Made by a program: the position numbers and the translations under genes
Assembly: GCA_002269645.1 (NCBI GenBank)
Contig: NIVC01000906.1
Span: 248,001-312,000, forward strand
Source: Macrostomum lignano
Taxonomy: Eukaryota
Direction of reading: 5' to 3'
DNA: 64,000 nt
In this document: positions 1 to 12,795 of the stretch, piece by piece
Position numbering within the stretch: position 1 is the first letter of the stretch
Layout: the number at the start of each line of letters is the position of its first letter
The notes under the pieces: generated by a model
The model's database searches: none
What the model was told of the DNA's origin: nothing
Seen by the model: only the letters and a program-made list of their open reading frames with translations

Positions 1-480
1 TGGGTGAACCAGACTCAGGCAGGTCAACAGACTCAAGTGGGTCAATCAGTCTCAGGTAGGTCAATCAGAATCAAGTGGGTGAATCAGACTCAGGTAGGTC
101 AACAGACTCAAGTGGGTCAATCAGACTCAAGTGGGTGAACCAGACTCAGGTAGGTCAACAGACTCAAGTGGGTCAATCAGTCTCAGGTAGGTCAATCAGA
201 ATCAAGTGGGTGAACCAGACTCAGGTAGGTCAACAGACTCAAGTGGGTCAATCAGTCTCAGGTAGGTCAATCAGAATCAAGTGGGTGAATCAGACTCAGG
301 TAGGTCAACAGACTCAAGTGGGTCAATCAGACTCAAGAGGGTGAACCAGACTCAGGTAGGTCAACAGACTCAAGTGGGTCAATCAGACTCAAGTGGGTGA
401 ACCAGACTCAGGTAGGTCAACAGACTCAAGTGGGTCAATCAGACTCAAGTGGGTGAACCAGACTCAGGTAGGTCAATCAA
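1..480. repeat. Intronic tandem repeat built from gggtgaa(c/t)cagactcaggtaggtcaacagactcaagtgggtcaatcag modules
   Basis: Directly visible tandem copies inside a DGCR8 intron. ORFs 75..344 and 393..593 are translations of it. Confidence 0.9.
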
Positions 481-512
481 ACCCAGGCAGATCAAATATC
501 AACCAAACTCAC

Positions 513-3500
513 CAGACTCTTTATCCGCAGAGGTGGCGGCAGCGGCGGACCCAGTCCCGACCAAAGAAGGATGCTTCAACAAGTCGTCCTTGAACTGATC
601 GAAGTTCGGCGCCAGAGTTTCCAGGCCGCTGAGAGCAGCCATGTGCCTGGCTAGGCGCTTGTTCTTGCCAACTCCGGTGCCCAGCTGGCGGCCGTCGTGG
701 CTGAGCAGGTTGCAGCGGAGCTCCGTGTCGGATATGCGCTGGTACTCGTAGCGAAATTGTCGGTCGGGTGCGACCTGGAACGCGCGGGGTGCAGGCAGTT
801 TTTTGTTAACATTTCAACAAACTCTTAATAACTTAGGTTTGGGGAGCAATGCTTTCTCATCCTTACTATCGATCGACTTCCTTTGCCGGTGTCTATGTCT
901 CTATCTCCATCTATTTCTCAGCATCTCTCCTGTTATCTCTTAATGCCCCTCCCCGACTCTCCAACTCTTCTCTATACCCCTCTTCGCCAAAAACTATTTC
1001 CGCCTACCCCTCAATCTCCCTCACTGCCTACCCCTCTATCTCCATCACTGCCTACCCCTCTATGTCACTCACTGCCTACCCCTCTATCTCCCTCACTGCC
1101 TACTCCTTCATCTCCCTCACTGCCTACCCCTCTATGTCACTCACTGCCTACCCCTCTATCTCCCTCACTGCCTACCCCTTCATCTCCCTCACTGCCTACC
1201 CCTCTATCTCCCTCACTGCCTACCCCTCTATCTCCCTCACTGTCTACCCCTCTATCTCCCTCACTGCCTACCCCTCTATCTCCCTCACAGCCTACCCCTC
1301 TATCTCCCTCACAGCCTACCCCTCTATCTCCCTCACAGCCTACCCCTCTATCTCCCTCACTGCCTACCCCTCTATCTCCCTCACTGCCTACCCCTCTATC
1401 TCCCTCACAGCCTACCCCTCTATCTCCCTCACAGCCTACCCCTCTATCTCCCTCACTGCCTACCCCTCTATCTCCCTCACTGCCTTCCCCTCTATCTCCC
1501 TCACAGCCTACCCCTCTATCTCCCTCACTGCCTACCCCTCTATCTCCCTCATAGCCTACCCCTCTATGTCACTCACTGCCTACTCCTCTATCTCCCTCAC
1601 TGCCTACCCCTCTATCTCCCTCATAGCCTACCCCTCTATGTCACTCACTGCCTACTCCTTCATCTCCCTCACTGCCTACCCCTCTATGTCACTCACTGCC
1701 TACTCCTTCATCTCCCTCACTGCCTACCCCTCTATGTCACTCACTGCCTACTCCTTCATCTCCCTCACTGCCTACCCCTCTATGTCACTCACTGCCTACT
1801 CCTTCATCTCCCTCACTGCCTACCCCTCTATGTCACTCACTGCCTACTCCTTCATCTCCCTCACTGCCTACCCCTCTATCTCCCTCACTGCCTACTCCTT
1901 CATCTCCCTCACTGCCTACCCCTCTATGTCACTCACTGCCTACCCATCTATCTCCCTCACTGCCTACCCCTCTATCTCCCTCACTGCCTACCCCTCTATC
2001 TCCCTCACTGCCTACTCCTTCATCTCCCTCACTGCCTACTCCTTCATCTCCCTCACTGCCTACCCCTCTATGTCACTCACTGCCTACCCATCTATCTCCC
2101 TCACTGCCTACCCCTCTATGTCACTCACTGCCTACCCCTCTATCTCCCTCACTGCCTACTCCTTCATCTCCCTCACTGCCTACCCCTCTATGTCACTCAC
2201 TGCCTACCCCTCTATCTCCCTCACTGCCTACTCCTTCATCTCCCTCACTGCCTACCCCTCTATGTCACTCACTGCCTACCCCTCTATCTCCATCACTGCC
2301 TACCCCTCTATGTCACTCACTGCCTACCCCTCTATCTCCCTCACTGCCTACTCCTTCATCTCCCTCACTGCCTACCCCTTCATCTCCCTCACTGCCTACC
2401 CCTCTATCTCCCTCTCTGCCTACCCCTTCATCTCTCTCACTGCCTACCCCTCTATCTTCCTCACTGCCTACCCATCTATCACCATCACTGCCTACCCCTC
2501 TATCTCCCTCACTGCCTACTCCTTCATCTCCCTCACTGCCTACCCCTTCATCTCCCTCACTGCCTACCCCTCTATCTCCCTCTCTGCCTACCCCTTCATC
2601 TCTCTCACTGCCTACCCCTCTATCTTCCTCACTGCCTACCCCTCTATCTCCCTCACTGGCTACCCCTTCATCTCCCTCACTGCCTACCTCTCTATGTCAC
2701 TCACTGCCTACCCCTCTATATCCCACTCCGCCTACTCCTCTATCTACCTCTCCGCCAACCCCTCTATCTACTTCTATCACCACTTTATCTCCTGCCCAAA
2801 CTTGAAAACATTCGCACCTGCAAATCGGCAATAACGCTGGCAGGCATTTTGCCAACCGGATTAATGAGCCGCTCCCTCCGGCCAGTATCCGAATTCACCA
2901 GAATTAATTTGCTGTTTAAAGTATCACGGACGCCGGGACGACTTGAGTTTTGGTAGGATACGCGAGACGGAGACGGAGATGGTTGCTGCGGATGGCCAGG
3001 CGGCTGCTGCTGCTGTTTCTGCTGTTGTTGTTGAGCAGCAGTCGGTGAAGTTGACGCAGAAGCAGAAGCAGAAGGCTTCTGCGGCGAGCATTCGATGCTA
3101 CTATCGCCCGGGGTGTCTTCGGTTGAGCCTGCCACGGCAGCGGATGCCTGCGGCGGCAGCACCTGAGGCAGCTGGACCGGTCTGCAAAGGTTGACGAATA
3201 TGTTTGATTTAGAATTTTTAGTATATTTAGACTAGCTGACTGGCCCCCCATCGGGGCCGTTCAGGTTCAGTACCACTCTGAAAATTGATGAGCCCTTCAA
3301 AAAGTGAGGCATTTGAACAGTTCCCCATCAGCATGGTAGAACATGCTACTATTGAGTAGGCGATCTCTTCCGCAAGCGGAACCAACCTCGACTGTCCCGG
3401 GTGCTGGCACAGCTGTCTCTGTTCAGTTTTGTACCGGAACAGCCGGCGGCAGTACTCCCGCACCTCCGCGTGACTCAGGTACACGGCGCCGCCTCTGCTG

Positions 3501-5263
3501 GAAGACGCTGGACAGATGCTGATAGAAGACGACGGAGGAGGAGGCGGTGGCGGCGGCGGTGGCGGCGGCGGTGGCGGCGGCGGAGATGACGGCGGTTGTG
3601 TCGGGGTCTCCAACGAAGTTGACGATGTCCATCGAGGTCGTTTATTGTCAACCGATGTGGCGGCCACTTCGACCGGCCGCTTCCTACTACCGTTATTAAC
3701 ACTACTGCCATCATCTTTCATTTTCTTGTCTTTGTCGGCGTCATCGCTATCGTTACCGTCCTCCGACGAAGTGATTTCGCCTTCCTCGGCGTCAGAATCT
3801 TCGGCGGGGGCGGCGGGAGCAGCGGGAGCGACGGGAGAATCTTCGGCAACGGCAGCATTTGGCACTTCTAGTTGTTCTTTCCCAGATTCAATGCCATTTT
3901 GCGCTGGCTGCTGCTGCGGCTGCGGCTCAGCCGACTGAGGAGAGTCCGTCGACAAAGGCAGGACAATGTCGACCGTGTCGCAGTCGGTCTGAACGCCTCT
4001 AGAAGCTTTTGATGATGCCGAATTTGAGGACAACAGACCAGCAGCTTCCAGGCCGCGTCTGTAACCTAGACAGGGCAGACAGGCCACTGGTATGAGGTGA
4101 TTGCGCAGGGCCACGGAGCCGGCAAAGTACGGCCTGAAGTTTTAACAATGTTTGTAAGTAGGAATCATGCTAGAAAATAAAAAAAAATTAAACTTAGATA
4201 TGAGTCTACGGATACAACTGATAGGTACTATGGACATCTAAGTGGTCCGAAGTTGAGTTCGAGGATGTGACTGGATAAATGGCCTGACAATGAGTCGAAG
4301 AATGGGTTTGAGGATGGGTCTGAGGATGGGTCAGAGGATGGGTCAGAGGATGGGTCTGAGGATGGGTTTGAAGATGGGTCTGAGGATGGGTCAGAGGATG
4401 GGTCTGAGGATGGGTCAGAGGATGGGTCTGTGGATGGGTCTGAGGATGGGTCAGAGGATGGGTCTGAGGATGGGTCTGAGGATGGGTCAGAGGATGGGTC
4501 TGTGGATGGGTCTGAGGATGGGTTAGAGGATGGGTCTGTGGATGGGTCAGAGGATGGGTCTGTGGATGGGTCTGAGGATGGGTCAGAGGATGGGTCTGAG
4601 GATGGGTCTGAGGATGGGTCAGAGGATGGGTCTGTGGATGGGTCTGAGGATGGGTTAGAGGATGGGTCTGTGGATGGGTTAGAGGATGGGTCTGTGGATG
4701 GGTCTGAGGATGGGTCAGAGGATGGGTCTGAGGATGGGTCAGAGGATGGGTCTGTGGATGGGTTTGGGGATGGGTCTGAGGATGGGTCAGAGGATGGGTC
4801 AGAGGATGGGTCTGAAGATGGGTCTGGAGATGGGTCTGGAGATGGGTCTGAGGATGGGTCTGAAGATGGGTCAGAGGATGGGTTTGAGGATGGGTCTGAG
4901 GTGCCTAACTCACCTGGCCAGCGTGACCACCTTAGTGGGCTTGTGCAGGTACATAGTGAGGCCGCTGGTGTGGTCAATTGGAATCCACGACGGCGGCAAC
5001 CGGAACGGCGGCTTGGGCGCGAACTCGCGATCGATGGAGCTGACTGAGGCTGTGAAAAACTTCTCACCGGAACCGCCGGTCGCATTTGCCGGACTGTCGG
5101 CATTGGCTACTGGGACAAAATTTTCGGGATCCTCTTCAACCGGGATTCGGACCCCGTAGAATTGGCGGCGATGGTTTTGATGGTGCTGATGCTGAGGAGT
5201 GCCTCTGTTGGAGCCGGGAGCCACCGCGGCGGCGGCTGTTGCCACGGGCGAGGCTGTCGCCAT
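513..5263 (-). CDS. DGCR8: DGCR8/Pasha microprocessor subunit, 3'-partial (continues off the left edge)
   Basis: Exons 5263-4914, 4133-3387, 3181-2818 and 774-513, all GT-AG with consistent phases (2,2,0). The WW domain [29 protein letters not shown]|PYFAG runs into the heme-binding motif LPCLGY (human IPCLHY). dsRBD1 reads [16 protein letters not shown]|...[27 protein letters not shown] (human [27 protein letters not shown]). Confidence 0.9.
995..2765. repeat. 24-bp minisatellite (tgcctacccctctatctccctcac)n in DGCR8 intron
   Basis: About 70 copies with variant units. The 8-aa period AYPSISLT in ORF 849..2834 reflects the 24-bp unit. Confidence 0.95.
4300..4900. repeat. 12-bp minisatellite (gaggatgggtct)n in DGCR8 intron 1
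   Basis: Lies entirely inside intron 4134-4913, which splits the WW-domain arginine codon AG|G. Confidence 0.95.
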
Positions 5264-5377
5264 GCTGATAAAGTTTGTCCTTCAGTGCCTGGTTTCCTTA
5301 TCTCTTTTACTCAGTAGCGTTAGCTTGGCAGTGGCTGCAATATGAAAAATTTACTTCTTGAATGTCCATCAACCACA

Positions 5378-6544
5378 TACAGACAGACAGACAGACGGAC
5401 ACTAAAACAGACAGACAGACAGACACTAATACAGACAGATAGACAGACACTAATACAGACAGACAGACAGACACTAAAACAGACAGACAGACAGACACTA
5501 ATACAGACAGATAGACAGACACTAATACAGACAGACAGACAGACACTAATACAGACAGACAGACAGACACTAATACAGACAGACACTAATACAGACAGAC
5601 AGACAGACACTAATACAGACAGACACTAATACAGACAGACAGACAGACACTAATACAGACAGACACTAATACAGACAGACAGACAGACACTAAAACAGAC
5701 AGACAGACAGACACTAATACAGACAGATAGACAGACACTAATACAGACAGACAGACAGACACTAATACAGACAGACAGACAGACACTAATACAGACAGAC
5801 ACTAATACAGACAGACAGACAGACACTAATACAGACAGACACTAATACAGACAGACACTAATACAGACAGACACTAATACAGACAGACACTAATACAGAC
5901 AGACACTAATACAGACAGACACTAATACAGACAGACACTAATACAGATAGACACTAATACAGACAGACACTAATACAGATAGACACTAATACAGACAGAC
6001 ACTAATACAGACAGACACTAATACAGACAGACACTAATACAGACAGACACTAATACAGACAGACACTAATACAGACAGACACTAATACAGACAGACACTA
6101 ATACAGACAGACACTAATACAGACAGACACTAATACAGACAGACACTAATACAGATAGACACTAATACAGACAGACACTAATACAGATAGACACTAATAC
6201 AGACAGACACTAATACAGACAGACACTAATACAGACAGACACTAATACAGACAGACACTAATACAGACAGACACTAATACAGACAGACACTAATACAGAC
6301 AGACACTAATACAGACAGACACTAATACAGACAGACACTAATACAGACAGACACTAATACAGACAGACACTAATACAGATAGACACTAATACAGACAGAC
6401 ACTAATACAGACAGACACTAATACAGACAGACACTAATACAGACAGACACTAATACAGACAGACACTAATACAGACAGACACTAATACAGACAGACACTA
6501 ATACAGACAGACAGACACTAATACAGACAGACACTAAGACACTA

Positions 6545-6601
<57 letters not shown>

Positions 6602-6608
6602 GGCAAGC

Positions 6609-6645
<37 letters not shown>

Positions 6646-6656
6646 CAGAGACAGAC
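5378..6656. repeat. GACA-derived minisatellite (acagacagacactaat)n between TRUB2 and DGCR8
   Basis: Visible 16-20-bp units that grade into pure (GACA)n. Confidence 0.95.
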
Positions 6657-6847
6657 AAATAAACAAATAATAAACAACTGTAAAAGCTTCATAAAAATAC
6701 TAAACATGAGCTATAAAATGCCAACAGTTCACATCCACAATTTTTATTTACATCATGCACAAAGTCTTATAATGATTAAAGGCACCGCAGCTGGTTGCCA
6801 ACTCTGTTTAGTCTAATTAAAAAAGACTCGACCCGGCTTCCGCCAGA

Positions 6848-9370
6848 TCAGTCACTCATCTTCAGGCTTTCAGTTGTTGTCTCATTCAACTCGACTGCCG
6901 CCCGGCTCTTCTTTCGACGCTGCTTCTTGTTTGACGGCGCCGGCTTCAGCGAAGAGTCCAACGGTTCCGCTGCGGTCAGCACAGCCTCCGGCAGCTCCTC
7001 ATCGCCCACAACCAGCTTCGGCATCAGCCTTGGCAACCAGCTCAAGTTGCTGATAGCCGAGTTCAAGGTGACCTCTTCTGGCAGCAAGCTGTGCTTGGCG
7101 GCGCTGAACGGGCCGTGCCTAAGTCGGCGAATCCTGGCGCAGAAGGCCGACGATTTCACTCGGGTGCCGACGTCGGCAACCAGCTCGAGCAGGAAGCCGG
7201 GCGTCTCGTGCAGCACGTGGAACTCCAGCTCGAAGCCAGGCGGATCCCAGGCAACTAGGCGCATCGCGTACACGCTGGGACCGCCCAGGTGTTGACGGGC
7301 GGCGCGGTGAACGCTGCCGCCTTCGGCTGCCAGTGCGGCGTAGGCGGCCCGGGTATTATTGCGGAGACCGGCCTACGGGGGGAATTGCGAGGGGAATTGT
7401 TGCGGTTGCTTTTACCTAAGAGACTAGAAGGAATCTAGTCCCAATCTGCTCGAATCTAGTCCCAATCTACTCGAATCTAGTCCCAATCTACTCGAATCTA
7501 GTCCCAATCTACTCGAATCTAGTCTTAATCTACTCGAATCTAGTCCCAATCTACTCGAATCTAGTCCCAATCTACTCGAATTTAGTCCCAATCTACTCGA
7601 ATCTAGTCTTAATCTACTCGAATCTAGTCTTAATCAATTTGAATCTAGTCTTAATCAATTTGAATCTAGTCTTAATCAATTTGAATCTAGTCCCAATCTA
7701 CTCGAATCTAGTCCCAATCTACTCGAATCTAGTCCCAATCTACTCGAATCTAGTCCCAATCTACTCGAATCTAGTCCCAATCTACTCGAATCTAGTCCCA
7801 ATCTACTCGAATCTAGTCCCAATCTACTCGAATCTAGTCCCAATCTACTCGAATCTAGTCCCAATCTACTCGAATCTAGTCCCAATCTACTCGAATCTAG
7901 TCCCAATCTACTCGAATCTAGTCCCAATCTACTCGAATCTAGTCTTAATCTATTGAAATAGACCACCAGTTGATGGAAGTGCCCTACCAGCAGCTGCCGC
8001 TTATAGCCGGCCTCGACCACGGTGCAGACTCTCTCAAGCATAGCCGGAGTCACGTGACGCCAAGTAGTTCTCAACACGATGGTGCCGTCACCCGTACAGT
8101 CGTGAGTAGCCCTGCCCAGCACAGCGCGGACTCTGTACACTTTCAATAGGCGCTGACGCTCAAGAAGCTCGCAGGCGATGATGCCGCGACGGCCGAGACC
8201 GACCAGCTGGACGCCGGAGCACCAGTCGGACAGCGGGTCGGCCACTGTGAAGGGGAAACTCGAGCCGGGGACAAAGGCTGGGCCGGCCACTTGGCTGAGA
8301 CTGCGCAGATCCGGCCTGGCAACTAGGCGATGGCTGATGGACTCAACTGATGCTGCTGGGGAGGCTGGGGAGCCAATTTGAGTTTGCTCATGCGACGGCT
8401 GCTCAATAGCTGCTGGTTGACGTATCACCTGGTGAGACGGATGTCAGTTTGAATTAGAAAATAAGCTCTGTAAATTCTTTGTGAGGATCAAGTAGTTGTG
8501 AGGATCAAGGCAAAGCTGTTATGCCTCTTGATAACCCCTGCGCAAGCACACTTATACGTACGCAGCCAGGGCGAACAGTGGCCCTGACTCTGATCGCCAG
8601 GCAGGATGTAAACACCGTGCCTTGGGGCCTGGGAGTGAGGAGAGGGAAGAGAGGGGAGGGAAGAAAGAGGAGGAGAGGGAAAGGAAGAGAGGGAAGGCAA
8701 GAAAGGGGAGGGAAGAGAGGGGAGGGAAGAGAGGGGAGGGAAGAAAGAGGAGGAGAGGGAAAGGAAGAGAGAGAAGGCAAGAAAGGTGAGGGAAGAGAGG
8801 GAAGGGAAGAGAGGGGAGGGAAGAGAGGGGAGGGAAGAGGGGAGGGAAGAGAGGGGAGTGAATAGGGGAGGGAAGAGAGGGGAGGGAAGAGGGGAGGGAA
8901 GAGAGGGGAGGGAAGAGGGGAGGGAAGAGAGGGGAGGGAAGAGGGGAGGGAAGAGAGGGAAGGCAAGAAAGGGGAGGGAAGAGAGGGGAGGGAAGAAAGA
9001 GGGGAGAGGGAAGGGAAGAGAGGGGAGGGAAGAGAGGGGAGGGAAGAGGGGAGGGAAGAGAGGGGAGGGAAGAGGGGAGGGAAGAGAGGGAACGGAAGAG
9101 GGGAGAGAGGGGAGGGAAGGGAAGAGAAAAAAGGGATACACCCCTAGTAAAATAAGGCCCAGAAATATTTAAAAGGTATTAGAGGCGCACCTCAGTAAAT
9201 GGCCGAGTTGGTTCAAACGGGCCGTCGTTAAGCGAGTCGCACAGTTGCTGCACAATGCCGTTCACGCACTGACGAGGCGACACGTGAGGCGGCTTGTAAA
9301 TGCAGAGGACGCCGTTTAGCTTGCGATAGAGCTGGCTGGACCAGTTCATTTTTGGGCGCAGGAATCGCAT
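6848..9370 (-). CDS. TRUB2: Mitochondrial TruB-family pseudouridine synthase 2, about 381 aa
   Basis: Exons 9370-9191, 8428-7988 and 7372-6848, all phase 0 and GT-AG. Motifs LNGVLCIYKPP, KVYRVRAVLGRATHD, HETPGFLLELVADVG and AFCARIRRLRHGPF align with human TRUB2 (LHGLFAVYKPP, KDYTVRGLLGKATDD, HETQKELRKLVHEIG, AVCTQVRRTRDGFF). The start could be ATG 9370 or ATG 9349. Confidence 0.9.
7430..7952. repeat. 21-bp minisatellite (ctcgaatctagtcccaatcta)n in TRUB2 intron 2
   Basis: Visible tandem copies. They produce the 7-aa repeats in ORFs 7639..7956 and in the tail of 7676..8428. Confidence 0.95.
8638..9125. repeat. Polypurine (ggggagggaagaga)-type low-complexity repeat in TRUB2 intron 1
   Basis: Almost pure G/A on the + strand. 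Confidence 0.9.
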
Positions 9371-9569
9371 GCGCAGAATTAGTACATGTGGGTAGGGCAG
9401 AACTAAGTAGGGCAACAAAACCTCAGGTACATTCTACTCCATTTACTTCATTACGGCGCCACGCATGATTGTATATACTCTCTCGCAGAGTTTTAGAATC
9501 CATTGTACTTGATTAGGGTACTGCAATCCTAGGTACTTATATATGGTACTGTAATTTCAGATACTTGAG

Positions 9570-10790
9570 TAGGGTACTGTAATCTCAGGTATTTGAGTAG
9601 GGTACTGTAATCTCAGGTATTTGAGTAGGGTACTGTAATCTCAGGTATTTGAGTAGGGTACTGTAATCTCAGGTATTTGAGTAGGGTACTGTAATCTCAG
9701 GTATTTGAGTAGGGTACTGTAATCTCAGGTATTTGAGTAGGGTACTGTAATCTCAGGTATTTGAGTAGGGTACTGTAATCTCAGGTATTTGAGTAGGGTA
9801 CTGTAATCTCAGGTATTTGAGTAGGGTACTGTAATCTCAGGTATTTGAGTAGGGTACTTTAATCTCAGGTATTTGAGTAGGGTACTGTAATCTCAGGTAT
9901 TTGAGTAGGGTACTGTAATCTCAGGTATTTGAGTAGGGTACTGTAATCTCAGGTATTTGAGTAGGGTACTGTAATCTCAGGTATTTGAGTAGGGTACTGT
10001 AATCTCAGGTATTTGAGTAGGGTACTGTAATCTCAGGTATTTGAGTAGGGTACTTTAATCTCAGGTATTTGAGTAGGGTACTGTAATCTCAGGTATTTGA
10101 GTAGGGTACTGTAATCTCAGGTATTTGAGTAGGGTACTGTAATCTCAGGTATTTGAGTAGGGTACTGTAATCTCAGGTATTTGAGTAGGGTACTGTAATC
10201 TCAGGTATTTGAGTAGGGTACTGTAATCTCAGGTATTTGAGTAGGGTACTGTAATCTCAGGTATTTGAGTAGGGTACTGTAATCTCAGGTATTTGAGTAG
10301 GGTACTGTAATCTCAGGTATTTGAGTAGGGTACTGTAATCTCAGGTATTTGAGTAGGGTACTGTAATCTCAGGTATTTGAGTAGGGTACTTTAATCTCAG
10401 GTATTTGAGTAGGGTACTGTAATCTCAGGTATTTGAGTAGGGTACTGTAATCTCAGGTATTTGAGTAGGGTACTGTAATCTCAGGTATTTGAGTAGGGTA
10501 CTGTAATCTCAGGTATTTGAGTAGGGTACTGTAATCTCAGGTATTTGAGTAGGGTACTGTAATCCCAGGTATTTGAGTAGGGTCTTGCAATCTCAAGTAT
10601 TCAAGTAGGGTCCTGTAATCTCAGGTATTCAAGTAGGGTCCTGTAATCTCAGGTATTCAAGTAGGGTCCTGTAATCTCAGGTATTCAAGTAGGGTCCTGT
10701 AATCTCAGGTATTCAAGTAGGGTCCTGTAATCTCAGGTATTCAAGTAGGGTAGGGTCCTGCAAACCCAGGTACTTGGGTAGGGTACTGCT
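9570..10790. repeat. 28-bp minisatellite (gtagggtactgtaatctcaggtatttga)n between TRAPPC6B and TRUB2
   Basis: Period 28 with a homogeneous core and degenerate edge copies. Confidence 0.95.
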
Positions 10791-11129
10791 ACCTAAGTTA
10801 ACTGTAATTAGGCGCTGAAATCGTATATTGATTATTAAAATAAATGAATAGTTAACTCATAACAATGAAGATACTTAAAGCATAGTATATTTAATTTCTT
10901 TGCAAAGCAAATCTGCACATTTTAAAGGGGCAGCTAAATTATTGAATATAATAATATAGCAATTGTTGTGCTAGTTCAAAAATATACATACGTTTCAACT
11001 AACCTCAATCAGTGGTTCAGCATGTACTTTACTCTCAGTAGTTAGTTATTGATTAGTTAGCAAATACTGACTGTATACACAACTGACAATGTGAAAAAAA
11101 CAGATAAATGTCTAATCATAACAATATTA

Positions 11130-12795
11130 TCAGGTCGAGTGCTGAACAAGCTGAATTTGAAATTTCACTCGAGGCAATTCTTCAACTTCGGCGGTGACAA
11201 TGGCCCTGAGGCCCAGGTTGGTTAGGGCACCGCGAATCAGACCGCAGGGAAATGCTGTGTACAGGTGGCACCGGTCCAGGTATTGTTTACCTGTTTCAGA
11301 ATGCATTTTTGTATGCTATTGTTAATTAAACATGGTAAGATAAACTGAAATATTGCAAAATGTTAAAACATATTTAAGTACAGTTTCAGTGAAAAAATTC
11401 TTTTAGAGTGAAACACTTCAGTTAGAAAGCCTTTATGAAATGGCACAGTCCAGGTAGGGAGCATTTAGGAGGTGACACAGTCCAGGTAGGGAGCCTTTAG
11501 GAGGTGACACAGTCCAGGTAGGGAGCCTTTATGAAGTGGCACAGCCCAGGTAGGGAGCCTTTATGAAGTGGCACAGTCCAGGTAGGGAGCCTTTATGAAG
11601 TGGCCCAGCCCAGGTAGGGAGCCTTATGAAGTGGCACAGTCCAGGTAGGGAGCCTTTATGAAGTGACACAGTCCAGGTAGGGAGCCTTTATGAAGTGGCA
11701 CAGTCCAGGTAGGGAGCCTTATGAAGTGACACAGTCCAGGTAGGGAGCCTTTATGAAGTGACACAGTCCAGGTAGGGAGCCTTTATGAAGTGGCACAGTC
11801 CAGGTAGGGAGCCTTATGAAGTGACACAGTCCAGGTAGGGAGCCTTTATGAAGTGACACAGTCCAGGTAGGGAGCCTTTATGAAGTGACACAGTCCAGGT
11901 TGGGAGCCTTATGAAGTGGCACAGTCCAGGTAGGGAACCTTATGAAGTGATACAGTCCAAATAGGGAGCCTTTATGAGGTGAGTCATCGTGAGACTGAAA
12001 CAGTTCAGGTAGAGCCTTCATGGGAAGGTGAAAAATTCAGGTGGCGAACCTTCGGGTTAAAAAATCTGGGATAGGGCTCTGTTTTGGTAACTTGTAGAGA
12101 ACCTTCATGAGGACGAAGTGAAACAGTTCGCATAGCTCGTAGAGAACCTTCATGAGGACGAAGTAAAACAGTTCAGTTAGCTCGTAGAGAACCTTCATGA
12201 GGACGAAATGAAACAGTTCGCATAGCTCGTAGAGAACCTTCATGAGGACGAAATGAAACAGTTCGCATAGCTCGTAGAGAACCTTCATGAGGACAAAGTG
12301 AAACAGTTCAGTTAGCTCGTAGAGAACCTTCATGAGGTAAAACAATGTTAGATTGGAAATTCTAGATCACATTCAAAGCAAAATTTAAATTAGCACTTTT
12401 AGCACTTTTAGCAGCTTACCTCTGGCCATGGGCACTAGAAGGGAAAATTTCTCGTCAATAATCACATAGACACCTTGGTGATTAGTCTTGAGGTTGTCCA
12501 CCTGCTTTTTAAACAGACTGGCCCAGAAATCTTTGCAGAGGAATTTCACAATCTCCAAATCGTCTCGAAATCTCGGCAAATCTTTAGTCATCTTTTCAAC
12601 GTAGGCTTGGCCAACTTGAAAGCCCATGGTTTCCAGCTTGGATAGCTGGGCTCTGCACTGTTGAACAGTGGCGGGACCTCCGCCGCCACCCTGCAGCTGT
12701 TCGCGCAGCAAGAAGCTGACCAGCTCCGAGTGCAAAAATTGAAACGCAACCTCAGCGCCGGCCGCTGGAATCCCGGAGTCAGCAGTAGCAGCCAT
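11130..12795 (-). CDS. TRAPPC6B: Trafficking protein particle complex subunit 6B (TRS33 family), about 178 aa
   Basis: Exons 12795-12420 and 11290-11130 (phase 1). Motifs FQFLHSELV, KLETMGFQVGQ, EIVKFLCKDFWASLFKKQVDNLKTNHQGVYV and G|KQYLDRCHLYTAFPCGLIRGALTNLG...VTAEV match human TRAPPC6B. Confidence 0.95.
11444..11985. repeat. 31-32-bp minisatellite (cacagtccaggtagggagcctttatgaagtgg)n in TRAPPC6B intron
   Basis: Visible tandem copies. Confidence 0.95.
12095..12337. repeat. 45-bp minisatellite, about 5 copies, in TRAPPC6B intron
   Basis: aaccttcatgagg recurs at 12100 and 12145 onward. ORF 12037..12345 shows a 15-aa period. Confidence 0.9.

Noticed and set aside
849-2834. 661-aa ORF (AYPSISLT repeats)
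   Set aside because: Stop-free translation of a 24-bp minisatellite antisense to a DGCR8 intron.
3227-3386. C-terminal part of ORF 3227..4114
   Set aside because: Read-through into the intron. The donor at 3386 joined to the acceptor at 3182 restores the frame (QSR|PVQLP) and homology to DGCR8.
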